The position numbers and the translations under genes were made by a program. Of a stretch of 64,000 nucleotides of DNA, positions 10,028 to 20,152 are shown piece after piece. The notes under the pieces are model-generated. The model was not told where the DNA came from. It made no database searches and was given only the letters and a program-made list of their open reading frames with translations. The first letter of the stretch is position 1; each line of letters begins with the position of its first letter. Origin of the DNA: Nitrospinaceae bacterium (lineage in GTDB: Bacteria; Nitrospinota; Nitrospinia; Nitrospinales; VA-1); contig BQJC01000001.1 in the NCBI GenBank assembly GCA_021604505.1, forward strand, positions 768,218 through 832,217. Direction: 5' to 3'.

Positions 10028-11959
10028 TTACAGCAGAGTTTGATCGATCAACACATTGGATTTTTCCCTCAGGTTTTTGATCCAGTCATTGAAAGCCGTC
10101 GTAGATTTTTGCCTTTTCAGGCGGGCGGTGATGGTTTTGATCTGTTCCTCGGTGGGTTCGCCTGCAAGCTTACGGTCCTGAACCCGGAACAGGTAGTGTT
10201 TTCTGAAAGCCGAGGCGGAGGCCGCCTGTCCTTTTTCCAGAGAAAACGCCTTGTCCTTGATATTTTGAAAATCTCCAATGCCGGGAATGGAATCCACACG
10301 GCTGAAAAACGGAGTGTGCCTGATTATCATGTCCATTTCCTTGGCGATTTTATCGAGGTCGCTCCCACTGATGAGTTTTGCGGACAGAGCTTTAAATTTT
10401 TTCTCAGTGAACTCCTGATCGGCTTTCTTTTGGGCCGCTGCTTTGACTTCTTCCCGAATCGCGTCGAGTTCAGGGATGAAGGCCGGTTTTCTTTCTTTTA
10501 TCCTAAGAATAAAAGAAGCTTCAAACGTATTGATCGGTTCGCTGACCTGCCCGTCCGCCAGGGCGAAGGCGGTGTTGAAAAACTCGGGAACCATGCCGAT
10601 ATCTGAAATGTCGTGTTTCTTTCGACTGAAAAAGTCCGATGTTTTCACTTCGACTTTTTGATCGGCCGCGGCCTGGGAAAAATCGCTTCCCTTTTCGTTA
10701 GCTTTGTAAATCCGTTTGACGATGCGGCGCGCCTTTTGCCGCGATTTAGTTTCCTTGATTCCCTTAATCACTTCTTCTTTCACCTCGGAAAGCGGTTTGG
10801 TTCTGGCTTCCTGTTTTTCATCGAGGCGGATAATATGGTAGCCAAAGGGGGATTTGACCGGTTCGCTGATTTCTCCTATCTTCAGTTTTTCCAAGGCATC
10901 ATCAAACTCAGGAACCATGGTGCCGCGGTCAAATTCTCCGAGACTCCCTCCGTTGCTGGCCGAAGAAGGGTCGTCGGATAAATCTTTGGCGGTTTTTGCG
11001 AAGTCCGCGCCTTCGCGGATTTTTTTCAATGCCTGCTCGGCTTCGGTTTTGGCCGCTTCCTCGGATGCTTTTTGCCTGTCTTCTTCGCTGGCGGCTTCGT
11101 CAACTTGGGAAGGTTCCAATTGGAAAAGAATGTGGCTGGCCTTGTACTTTTTTTTCACTCGAAAATCGCCGAGTTTTGTTTCATAATATTCCTGCAGATC
11201 TTCTTCGGTGGGTTCTATTGCGTTCTCAAAGTTTTTTGGGCTCACCTTGACGTATTCAACCCGGACCTGGTCGGGAACCTCAAATTGCGTTTTGTTCTTT
11301 TCGAAAAATTTCTTCAGGTCTTCCTCATTGACAGGTTGAGTGTCCTTAAACTGGTCTTCTGAAAAAGCAAGGTAGTCCAGTTTGACCGCTTCGTTTTCAC
11401 TATGGAATGCTTCGGTGACCTCGCTGTTTGAAACCAGCGTGTTGGAAGTGATCATTTTCTCAAGCTTCTGAATCGTCAGCGCTTCCCGTTGGCTTTCTTC
11501 AAAATCCAGGTGAGACAATCGATTGAATTTGAGATAGTTATCGTAAAAGCTTTTGTTGAACACCTTGTCTTTCTGAAAGGCTGGAAAGCTTTGAATATGG
11601 TCGACCAGTTCCTCATCGCTTACCCGGATGTTGAGGTTGTCAGCTTCAAGGAGCAGGAGTTTTCGTTGAATGAGCGCATCGAGCGCCTGGGTTTTCAGAT
11701 CCAGCCGTTGAACCAGATCTTCCGAAAACTGGCTTTTGAACTGCTCGCGGTAAAAATTGACTAAATTGTTGAAGGTTTTATCGTATTCACTGTGCTGGAT
11801 GTCGATGCCTTCCACCGTGGCAACCACTCCTCCACGCGAGCCGGTGGAGCCGCCCATTCCCCATGAGTAAAAAATGGTGCCGACAAAGGCAAAGATTATC
11901 AGCCATAAAATGGTCTTGATCATCCAGGAATTGGCGTGTTGCCGGATAAGATTGAGCAT
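10028..11959 (-). CDS. ppiD: Periplasmic chaperone / peptidyl-prolyl isomerase, PpiD-like
   Basis: Has an N-terminal TM anchor, a SurA_N-like region and a parvulin domain (HILF...GGSLGEF..G.MV.EFD...G.HII). Confidence 0.8.
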   Translation of the reverse strand: MLNLIRQHANSWMIKTILWLIIFAFVGTIFYSWGMGGSTGSRGGVVATVEGIDIQHSEYDKTFNNLVNFYREQFKSQFSEDLVQRLDLKTQALDALIQRKLLLLEADNLNIRVSDEELVDHIQSFPAFQKDKVFNKSFYDNYLKFNRLSHLDFEESQREALTIQKLEKMITSNTLVSNSEVTEAFHSENEAVKLDYLAFSEDQFKDTQPVNEEDLKKFFEKNKTQFEVPDQVRVEYVKVSPKNFENAIEPTEEDLQEYYETKLGDFRVKKKYKASHILFQLEPSQVDEAASEEDRQKASEEAAKTEAEQALKKIREGADFAKTAKDLSDDPSSASNGGSLGEFDRGTMVPEFDDALEKLKIGEISEPVKSPFGYHIIRLDEKQEARTKPLSEVKEEVIKGIKETKSRQKARRIVKRIYKANEKGSDFSQAAADQKVEVKTSDFFSRKKHDISDIGMVPEFFNTAFALADGQVSEPINTFEASFILRIKERKPAFIPELDAIREEVKAAAQKKADQEFTEKKFKALSAKLISGSDLDKIAKEMDMIIRHTPFFSRVDSIPGIGDFQNIKDKAFSLEKGQAASASAFRKHYLFRVQDRKLAGEPTEEQIKTITARLKRQKSTTAFNDWIKNLREKSNVLIDQTLL

Positions 11960-12210
11960 TCAAGGAACTCCCTTAATTATAGAAATTGTTTTATAAAGCC
12001 ACTTACTATAATAAAACCATTGGATGAATCGCAACCGTTTATATTTCAAAAAAAATAAGAAGATTTTGATTCGATCCAAAAATGGCTGATTCGCCATCCA
12101 CCGTGTAAGCATTTAGCGGGATTTTGTGATGGAAATGGCAGGTTATTTGACTTGCAATTTATTCGCCATACTGATATAACGAAAAGCTTATCAAAAACAA
12201 TAGGTTATGA

Positions 12211-13263
<1,053 letters not shown>

Positions 13264-13265
13264 CT

Positions 13266-14081
13266 GTGCCCAGAAATGGAATCAAAGGCAAACGGTTAAT
13301 CACGCTTCTCTCCTTGCTCCTCCTGGTTTCGCTGGCATTAATGACCCTCAACATCAAGCGTGAAAAAGGCCCGTTCTTTTTCGAATCCCTGGTTGTCTGG
13401 GTGATTTCTCCTTTTCAGACGTTTTTTACCCAGACCGTATCTTCCATTTCAAATGTATTCGATCATTATTTTTTTGTGGTGAACACCTCCCAGGAAAATG
13501 AGATGCTTCGCGAGCAGATCGATCGACTCTCTCACGAAAAAAACAGCTTGATCGAGAAGATCAAGGAGCAGGAACGGGTCGCCAGTTTAATCCAGAATGA
13601 AGAACCCGAGGAAAGAAGGCTGGTGATCGCCAAGGTCATTGGTAAGGATGCGACCCAATGGTCTAATGTGGTTTTTATCAATAAAGGGACGGATGACGGC
13701 ATCCAGGAAAATCTCGCCGTGGTGACCAACGCCGGAGTCATCGGACACATCATTCAATCTTCGGGAGGCACATCCAAAGTGTTGCTGATCACCGACAGCC
13801 GCAGTGCGGTGGACTCTTTGTTTCAAGATTCCCGGTTTACCGGGGTCATCGTGGGAACCGGAGAAAACGTTGCGCAGATGAAGTATGTTCCAATGAATGC
13901 CGAAGTCCAGGTTGGCGACTCCGTGCTTTCCTCCGGGCTGGGGGGAACGTTTCCCAAAGGACTGAAAATTGGGATTGTGAGTCAGGTCGTCAAAAAAAAG
14001 CAAGGGTTGTTCCAGGATATCAAGGTCACGCCAAGCGCCGACTTTTCCCGCATGGAAGAAGTGATGGTTCTATTGCCTTAA
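13266..14081 (+). CDS. mreC: Rod-shape protein MreC
   Basis: Lies immediately after mreB. Has an N-terminal TM segment, a coiled coil, and beta-barrel domain motifs (G.V....GG.S.V.L..D). Confidence 0.85.
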   Translation: MPRNGIKGKRLITLLSLLLLVSLALMTLNIKREKGPFFFESLVVWVISPFQTFFTQTVSSISNVFDHYFFVVNTSQENEMLREQIDRLSHEKNSLIEKIKEQERVASLIQNEEPEERRLVIAKVIGKDATQWSNVVFINKGTDDGIQENLAVVTNAGVIGHIIQSSGGTSKVLLITDSRSAVDSLFQDSRFTGVIVGTGENVAQMKYVPMNAEVQVGDSVLSSGLGGTFPKGLKIGIVSQVVKKKQGLFQDIKVTPSADFSRMEEVMVLLP

Positions 14082-14181
14082 AAGCCCCTGGAAACAATTC
14101 AATTGGGACCACGAGCCAGCCCCCTGGAATGAGAGGCTGGCAGTTGTAACCTTAAAGGGTGTCTTTAAATCACGTTCCCCA

Positions 14182-14697
14182 ATGCCTTTTCTAATTCAGT
14201 TCATCATTTTATTGGTTCTTTTTTCTGCCCAGACCACAATTCTTGAAAATATTTCGATTGCCGGCGTCACCCCCGATCTGATTTTGATCTTCGTGGTTTT
14301 TTGCGGAATCAATATGCACGGAGGCCGGGGCGTGGGAATGGGGTTTGCCGTCGGATTCATCCAGGATTGCCTGTCCGGCGGGCTTCTCGGAGTCAACACG
14401 CTTTCCAAAAGCCTGATTGCCTTTATCTTTTCGGCCCTGAAGGATAAAATACTGGTCGAGGGACTGCTTTCCATCTTTTTGTTCATCATATTCGCTTCCA
14501 TGCTGGACGGAATGATCTTTTATCTCGTCATGGTCACCTTATTCAAGGGCGAAATTTCGGGAAGCTTTCTATTTTCATCGGTGCCGGTTTATGCCATATA
14601 CAATGGTTGTGTCGGCCCCATTCTGTTTTACATCCTGGATCTCAACAGGAGATGGATTCACCGTAGATTTTCCAACCCCTATTTACGGCAGTCATGA
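14182..14697 (+). CDS. mreD: Rod-shape protein MreD
   Basis: A small polytopic membrane protein located between mreC and mrdA. It overlaps the mrdA start by 4 nt. Confidence 0.75.
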   Translation: MPFLIQFIILLVLFSAQTTILENISIAGVTPDLILIFVVFCGINMHGGRGVGMGFAVGFIQDCLSGGLLGVNTLSKSLIAFIFSALKDKILVEGLLSIFLFIIFASMLDGMIFYLVMVTLFKGEISGSFLFSSVPVYAIYNGCVGPILFYILDLNRRWIHRRFSNPYLRQS

Positions 14698-16610
14698 GTG
14701 TATTTCGCTATAGCGCGGATGTTTCGGAAACCGTCCGGGGAAAAATCAAGATATTTGTGGTGCTGGTCATCATTGCCTTTTTATGTCTGTGGATGCGGAT
14801 TTGGTACCTGCAGATATTAAAGGGGGCGTACTTTCAGGCCAAATCCGAAAACAACCGCGTCCGGTTGACTGCCCTTCCTGCTTACCGGGGAACCATCAAG
14901 GACCGCAACGAAGAAACCCTCGTCAGCATCCGCCCGTCCTTCAATCTTTACGTCACACCGGAAGACGCGCAAAATCTACCCGAAACGCTGAAATGGTTGC
15001 AGGAAATCATTGAATTCGACAAAGATCAGGTGTTCCAACGGATCAAGGAAACGCCGCCTTTCAAACAGGTATTGATCAAAAGAGACATCGACCGCAAGCA
15101 GGTTGCCATTGTGGAAGAGAGCAAGATGCGGCTCCCAGGCATCGACATCAAAGTCGAGCCTCTTAGAAGCTACGTTTATGGCGACATGGCGACCCACGTT
15201 CTGGGGTATTTGGGAGAGATATCCAAGACCAAACTCGAAAGCCTGAACGACCCCAGCTTTGAGCAGGGAGACTTCATAGGCAAGAACGGATTGGAAATTA
15301 TTTATGAAACCATGTTGCGCGGCAAGAAGGGGTACAAGGAAGTAGAAGTCGATGTTTCCGGCCGCGAACTGCAAACCCTGAGAAAGCTTCCGCCCAAAAG
15401 CGGCAACACCCTGGTTCTGACGCTGGACCTTCGCGTGCAGAAAGTTTTGGAAGAAGTCATGACCGGAACGCCGGAGGATCCCATTTCCGGGTCCGTCGTG
15501 GCGATGAAAGTCCACACCGGCGAGATCATCGCCATCGCCAGCAAACCCTCCTTTGACTCCAACCTGTTCGCCGCGGGAATTTCCAGGGACAACTGGAAGA
15601 CGCTTGTGGAAGATGAACTCCATCCCCTGCAACACCGGACCATCAGCGGTCAATATCCCCCAGGCTCGACCTACAAAATCGTCACCGCCCTCGCGGGACT
15701 GGAAGAAAACATCGTCACACCCGAAACGACCTTTTACTGCCCAGGCCATTTTCGATTGGGACGGGGGAAGTACCGTTGCTGGAAACGCGGCGGGCACGGC
15801 ACCGTGGATCTTCATAAAGCCCTCGTGCAATCCTGCGACGTGTATTTTTATACCGTCGGCAACCGGCTGGGCATCGACAAACTGCACGAATACGCCAGAA
15901 TGCTCGGCCTGGGCGAATACACCGGAATCCAGTTGATGGGAGAAAAACGCGGGATCAACCCCAGCACAAAATGGAAACTCGCCAGCCGCAACGAACCCTG
16001 GTTGTTGGGCGAGACCATTTCCGCCTCCATCGGTCAGGGCTACAACCTGGTGACCCCCCTTCAGCAGGCGAAAATGATGGCCACCGTCGCCAATGGAGGC
16101 GTGGCGCTGAAACCCTATCTGGTGAAAAAAATCATCGACCCCGATGGCAAAACCATCAAGGAATTTCATGCCAAAGTAGAAAACAAAATCAAAGTGCATC
16201 CCGAATACCTGGAGCTCGTGAAAAAAGCTCTGTTGGGCGTGGTGAATGAGCCCAGGGGAACGGGCCGCCGGTCGCGCCTCAAAGACATCCAAGTGTCGGG
16301 AAAAACCGGAACCGCCCAGGTGGTCAAACTAAAAGTCACCGAAGACATCGAAGATGAAGATAAAATTCCCTACCACTTTCGCGACCACGCCTGGTTCGTG
16401 GCGTTCGCCCCCTATGAAAAACCGGAAATCGCGGTAGCGGTTTTAGTCGAACACGGAGGTCATGGCGGGGCCAGCGCGGCGCCCGTGGCAAAAAAAGTGA
16501 TGGAGGCCTACTTCAAACATTACCCGCCGTATGAATTGCTGGAAAAAGCCGAATCCATTGCAAATGGAGTGCAAGAGGTGGAAAAGGAAGAAAAGCCGTC
16601 CAACCCTTAA
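14694..16610 (+). CDS. mrdA: Penicillin-binding protein 2 (elongasome transpeptidase)
   Basis: Contains a PBP dimerisation domain and the transpeptidase motifs STYK, SCD and KTGTA. Confidence 0.92.
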   Translation: MSVFRYSADVSETVRGKIKIFVVLVIIAFLCLWMRIWYLQILKGAYFQAKSENNRVRLTALPAYRGTIKDRNEETLVSIRPSFNLYVTPEDAQNLPETLKWLQEIIEFDKDQVFQRIKETPPFKQVLIKRDIDRKQVAIVEESKMRLPGIDIKVEPLRSYVYGDMATHVLGYLGEISKTKLESLNDPSFEQGDFIGKNGLEIIYETMLRGKKGYKEVEVDVSGRELQTLRKLPPKSGNTLVLTLDLRVQKVLEEVMTGTPEDPISGSVVAMKVHTGEIIAIASKPSFDSNLFAAGISRDNWKTLVEDELHPLQHRTISGQYPPGSTYKIVTALAGLEENIVTPETTFYCPGHFRLGRGKYRCWKRGGHGTVDLHKALVQSCDVYFYTVGNRLGIDKLHEYARMLGLGEYTGIQLMGEKRGINPSTKWKLASRNEPWLLGETISASIGQGYNLVTPLQQAKMMATVANGGVALKPYLVKKIIDPDGKTIKEFHAKVENKIKVHPEYLELVKKALLGVVNEPRGTGRRSRLKDIQVSGKTGTAQVVKLKVTEDIEDEDKIPYHFRDHAWFVAFAPYEKPEIAVAVLVEHGGHGGASAAPVAKKVMEAYFKHYPPYELLEKAESIANGVQEVEKEEKPSNP

Positions 16611-17176
16611 CGGACGAAAATGTCCACGCTCGCCGCATTTTCGTGGCCGGATTCCAGAAGACGGTAGAGCAATCGGTAAGAGCCGCTTCTGACAAAACCC
16701 AACCGGATACTTTTATTATGCGGGAGTTTTTTCAACGAGAAAACTTCCTCGTTGCTGTCCACATGGCATAACGAAATATCCTGCAGAGAATCCTCGTGGT
16801 CATTTTTTAGAATGACGCCGGATTTGGGGGACACGAAAACAGGAGCCGGATGTTGACTAGCGTGTTTCATGTAAATGGTGGTGGACTTGAACCCGGTACC
16901 CCGGTTCAGATTGAACTTCCCCGTCCAGGGATGTTCCCAATAACTGAATTCAATAAACCGTTCATTGATGAACTGAGCAAAAACCCGGTTTTCGATCTGC
17001 CGTTCGGGGTCTTTCAAAAGTCGATTCACGTTAACACGCATTGAGGTTAATGAGGCACGTTCAATGTAAAACGAAGCGCTGGCGGCGGCAATCAGCATAA
17101 TTCCTAAAAAAAGTGTAGGAAAATTCCTAATAGGCCGGAAAAAAGTTGTGCGGGGCGGAGGGCTAACCCCCCTCAA
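16607..17176 (-). CDS. Hypothetical membrane-anchored protein (189 aa), no recognisable family
   Basis: A single N-terminal TM segment (FPTLFLGIMLIAAASASFYI) and a probable TTG start. Its stop codon overlaps the mrdA stop within the sequence TTAA. Confidence 0.5.
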   Translation of the reverse strand: MRGVSPPPRTTFFRPIRNFPTLFLGIMLIAAASASFYIERASLTSMRVNVNRLLKDPERQIENRVFAQFINERFIEFSYWEHPWTGKFNLNRGTGFKSTTIYMKHASQHPAPVFVSPKSGVILKNDHEDSLQDISLCHVDSNEEVFSLKKLPHNKSIRLGFVRSGSYRLLYRLLESGHENAASVDIFVR

Positions 17177-17178
17177 TT

Positions 17179-17292
17179 GCAGAAAAAGGGATGGAAGCGT
17201 ATTTTAACCATTGCCCGCCGTTTGAATCGGTGGAAACAGCCGAGACAAAAAACGCGCCCGTTCCTGCCGATGAGGGAAGTGAACCGCAGTAG
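17179..17292 (+). pseudogene. Displaced, diverged copy of the mrdA 3' end (encodes AEKGMEAYFNHCPPFESVETAET... followed by a stop)
   Basis: By manual alignment, 54 of 69 nt match mrdA 16488-16556. The frame is kept through to a stop at a similar distance. Confidence 0.6.
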
Positions 17293-17368
17293 TTTTCCTG
17301 TGCTTAGGCCCGAGAATGGAAAGGGTGGCGGCAAGATTTCCACGCGTTAAATAAAAGTAAATTTGTTT

Positions 17369-18460
17369 TCAGACCAATTTTAACTTTAGAAAGTCCTTAT
17401 CTTTCTTTTTAGATTCTTCTAATTGTTTAGGCAAACCAACTAAGCCAAATACAAGATTTTCAATTTCATAAACTGGAATATTTAATTGAGAAGCAATATC
17501 TTTTTTTGTGATTCGATCATTCCATAAATCTGTAAAAACCTTTTTCCATACGGTAGAAATTTCTCGCTCTATTTCATTGGGTTCTTTTGTTCGATATCCA
17601 TAACTACTTAGTTGAATACACAAGGTACGATAATTTCTTTCAGAAATGATTCCAAGTTTTTTCAACCTATATGTAAGGGCCATAACTGATACCCGCCATC
17701 TTTTCTTTGCATAAATCAATTGATCAATCGAAGTAATACAGGGAATTTTTGCAAGAATATCTGCTTCAGGCATGAGGAATGATGAAGCAAAATCATTTGC
17801 TTCAATTTCGACCTGCCTTCCTTGTTTAGGCCCCCCGTGCTTATGTAAAACTAAATGCCCTAACTCATGCGCGGCGTCAAAACGACTATGCTCCGCAGTT
17901 TTAAAAGTATTTAAAAAAACAAATGGAACATTTTTTTCCCAACAAGAAAACGCATCTACATTTTTTGTGTTTTCTGACAAGGAGAATACCCGCAGTCCTT
18001 TGGATTCTAAAAGCTGAACCATATTTCCAATTGGTTGCTCACCCAAGCACCAATGTTGTCGTAAAATTCTGGCAGCTACAGCTGGTTCACTTTCTTGCCC
18101 TAAATCCAATAGGTCAGGCTTCGGTAGCTCAAAACGTTCAGACACCCAATCCGAAAGTAAATATGCTAGTGACCCAGCTGCTAAAGCCGCATCTCTCTCT
18201 TTAGCGGTCATTGCAACCATACTTCTAAAACTGGCTGAGTCCTTATCTAACTCATCTAAATCATTTCCAAAAAAAAAGTCCTTAGGATATCTGAGGGCAG
18301 TAGCAATTTTTTCTATTGTTTCCTTTTTGGGAATATTATCTCCTCTTTCGATTCTGGTTATTTGAACCGGAGTTACTCCCACTAACTCTGCAAGAGCTTT
18401 ACTCGTTAGCCTACATCTCTTCCTTATCAGGCTGAATCTTTTATGGTTAAACATAGACAT
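17369..18460 (-). CDS. Fused XRE-family HTH / ImmA-IrrE (M78, COG2856) metallopeptidase
   Basis: The N-terminal HTH reads LTSKALAELVGVTPVQITRIERG, and the zinc motif is HELGH followed by E..NDFASSFLMP. I chose the ATG at 18460, which lies 1 nt after the upstream gene's stop. Confidence 0.85.
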   Translation of the reverse strand: MSMFNHKRFSLIRKRCRLTSKALAELVGVTPVQITRIERGDNIPKKETIEKIATALRYPKDFFFGNDLDELDKDSASFRSMVAMTAKERDAALAAGSLAYLLSDWVSERFELPKPDLLDLGQESEPAVAARILRQHWCLGEQPIGNMVQLLESKGLRVFSLSENTKNVDAFSCWEKNVPFVFLNTFKTAEHSRFDAAHELGHLVLHKHGGPKQGRQVEIEANDFASSFLMPEADILAKIPCITSIDQLIYAKKRWRVSVMALTYRLKKLGIISERNYRTLCIQLSSYGYRTKEPNEIEREISTVWKKVFTDLWNDRITKKDIASQLNIPVYEIENLVFGLVGLPKQLEESKKKDKDFLKLKLV

Positions 18461-18461
18461 C

Positions 18462-19106
18462 CTATTTTCGTGCAATATTAACTTCAAATTCCTTAAAATC
18501 ACCATCATCACCATCATCAAAATTTGACAATGAAAATTCAGGAAGATCTCCATCTCCATCTTGTAGGAGAAAAATTCTTTCTAAAAATCCAGAGAACTGA
18601 CCACAATCAACTGATTTCGGCAGGGACAACTCTGCTGAAATAATACCTTGATTTTCAGATACGCACAGATACCAAGCTGAAGTTTTATTTGCAGGCATTG
18701 CTCGATTTATTTCCTCCTCAGAAAATAAAATCCCTTGATTGTTAGAGACAGTCCGCTCAGACCCTGGACCTTTTTTTGACCTGGCTCTTGGTTCCCAATT
18801 CTTTTCGGATGCACGATCAACATTCTGAAAAATAATTTTTATTGTTGCTATAGAATTTACTATTCCCTCTACAGAATCTTTTCTATTGATTTGCCACCCT
18901 TGGGAACGAAGGATTTCCCTCAGAGACCTTGTTCCCGCAAAATATGCTAACGACCCTGGGGCATTTGCTGCATCATTATCGGTACAACTATTTCGAGCTA
19001 ATACAGCATCGTGGATTACCTTAATAAGATCGGAACGAACTAAACCCATTTTCTTCAATTTTTTACCAACTTCATCACTATCTTCTAATATCCTTGCCAG
19101 TTCCAT
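18462..19106 (-). CDS. Hypothetical protein (214 aa) with an acidic D/G-rich C-terminal tail; no family recognised
   Basis: An intact ORF with RBS GAGGTG upstream, tightly coupled to the ImmA-like gene. The sequence is AT-rich. Confidence 0.65.
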   Translation of the reverse strand: MELARILEDSDEVGKKLKKMGLVRSDLIKVIHDAVLARNSCTDNDAANAPGSLAYFAGTRSLREILRSQGWQINRKDSVEGIVNSIATIKIIFQNVDRASEKNWEPRARSKKGPGSERTVSNNQGILFSEEEINRAMPANKTSAWYLCVSENQGIISAELSLPKSVDCGQFSGFLERIFLLQDGDGDLPEFSLSNFDDGDDGDFKEFEVNIARK

Positions 19107-19135
19107 AAGACACCTCGTACGTTAATATTCGTGTG

Positions 19136-19164
19136 AATTTTTACATAAAAAATTAACATGGTCA
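19136..19164 (-). promoter_or_regulatory. Candidate promoter of the two-gene cassette
   Basis: On the minus strand: TTGACC (19164-19159), a 17-nt spacer ending in TGT, then AAAAAT (19141-19136). Confidence 0.3.
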
Positions 19165-19225
19165 AGAGATTCATGGTAATTTTTTCGTCATATCGAAACA
19201 GGTGGGAGGGATATAGGTTCTTCCA

Positions 19226-19348
19226 TCAAGCAGAAATCATCAGATCTTTATCGTGTAAACGCTTGATGCGGTCGCGGAGTTCGGCGGCTTTTTCAAACTC
19301 CAGATTTTTGGCCGCCGCGAACATTTGTTTCTCCAGCCGCGCAATCAA
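19226..19348 (-). pseudogene. Displaced duplicate of the uvrB 3' end (last 40 codons plus stop)
   Basis: Encodes [40 protein letters not shown] followed by a stop. It differs from uvrB 20203-20325 at 14 of 123 nt, mostly at synonymous sites. Confidence 0.85.
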
Positions 19349-19424
19349 AGAAAATCATCCACAAATAATCCAATGTGAGGATTGATGATTTTCGTTTTCG
19401 TCTTTTCTTTGAAATTGGCGGGTC

Positions 19425-19754
19425 TCAAGCCAATACAACGTCTTGGGGAGATTCCCCTTTTCTTCGACGGGTGACCTGAACCCTTACCTTTCGATCCAGC
19501 TTATTCAAAAATGCAAACAACCGTTCCTGGGAGAACAGTGTGTAGCGACCGTTCATCAGGTTCGATACTTCCGGTTGCTTGATCTCCAGGAGTTTGCCGA
19601 TCTCTCGTTGCTTGAGTTTTTTCTTTTCAAGGATCATCCGCACGGAATGACCGAGTTTGGCCCGTATTAAAAGTTCTTCGGAATCATCCAGTCCCAAATC
19701 TTCAAACACATTTCCAGAACTTTCTTCAAAGGCTATTTTTTCATTTTTCTTCAT
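19425..19754 (-). CDS. higA: XRE-family HTH antitoxin (HigA-like)
   Basis: Contains the HTH LKQREIGKLLEIKQPEVSNLMNG. It overlaps the upstream toxin gene by 4 nt. Confidence 0.85.
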   Translation of the reverse strand: MKKNEKIAFEESSGNVFEDLGLDDSEELLIRAKLGHSVRMILEKKKLKQREIGKLLEIKQPEVSNLMNGRYTLFSQERLFAFLNKLDRKVRVQVTRRRKGESPQDVVLA

Positions 19755-20113
19755 GATTGTTTTTCCTTTTCTATTGCCACGGCTTCCTTATAACGCCGAG
19801 CGATCATTTCGATATCCAGCTTGGCTGTTTTTCGGCCCTTGGGAGCTTTCTTCTGAAATGCATGCAGAACGTAAACCCGTTTGCCAATCTGCACCGCGTA
19901 AACTGTGCGGTAGGTGTTGGTTTCGAAGCGGGTGACGATTTCCAGGACTCCGCTGGCCACGCCCTTAAACGGCTTGGCTTGCGGAGGTTTTGTCCCTTTT
20001 TGAACGTCAAAAAGCGCGGCTCCAATGTCCTGCCGCGCTTCCCGTGGAAACGATTGAACCTGTTTTCGCGCATCTCCCACCCATACCACGGGTTTCAGAT
20101 TGTCTTCATCCAT
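19751..20113 (-). CDS. higB: RelE/ParE-superfamily toxin, Gp49/HigB-like (DUF891)
   Basis: Matches the pattern KPVVWVG...FP...R..IG..L..VQ.G..P...KP...V..GV.EI......YR.VY......VYVLHAFQKK. Confidence 0.8.
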   Translation of the reverse strand: MDEDNLKPVVWVGDARKQVQSFPREARQDIGAALFDVQKGTKPPQAKPFKGVASGVLEIVTRFETNTYRTVYAVQIGKRVYVLHAFQKKAPKGRKTAKLDIEMIARRYKEAVAIEKEKQS

Positions 20114-20123
20114 ACTGCCTTTT

Positions 20124-20152
20124 ATGATATAAGTATTTACTTATATTTTCAA
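20124..20152 (-). promoter_or_regulatory. higBA promoter with an embedded perfect palindromic operator
   Basis: On the minus strand: TTGAAA (20152-20147), a 17-nt spacer, then TATCAT (20129-20124). The region 20127-20146 is ATATAAGTA-aa-TACTTATAT. Confidence 0.5.

Noticed and set aside
14976-16292. A 438-aa ORF on the minus strand, antisense to mrdA
   Set aside because: It lies entirely opposite a gene carrying unmistakable PBP2 motifs. Its translation is low-complexity (G/A/F/H/Q-rich) with no recognisable domain, which is typical of antisense frames in moderately GC-rich coding DNA.
18461-18559. The N-terminal 33-codon extension of the HTH-ImmA ORF (annotated start 18559)
   Set aside because: It overlaps the end of the upstream 214-aa gene and encodes an odd M/I/L-rich peptide. 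The ATG at 18460 places the HTH at the normal distance from the N-terminus.
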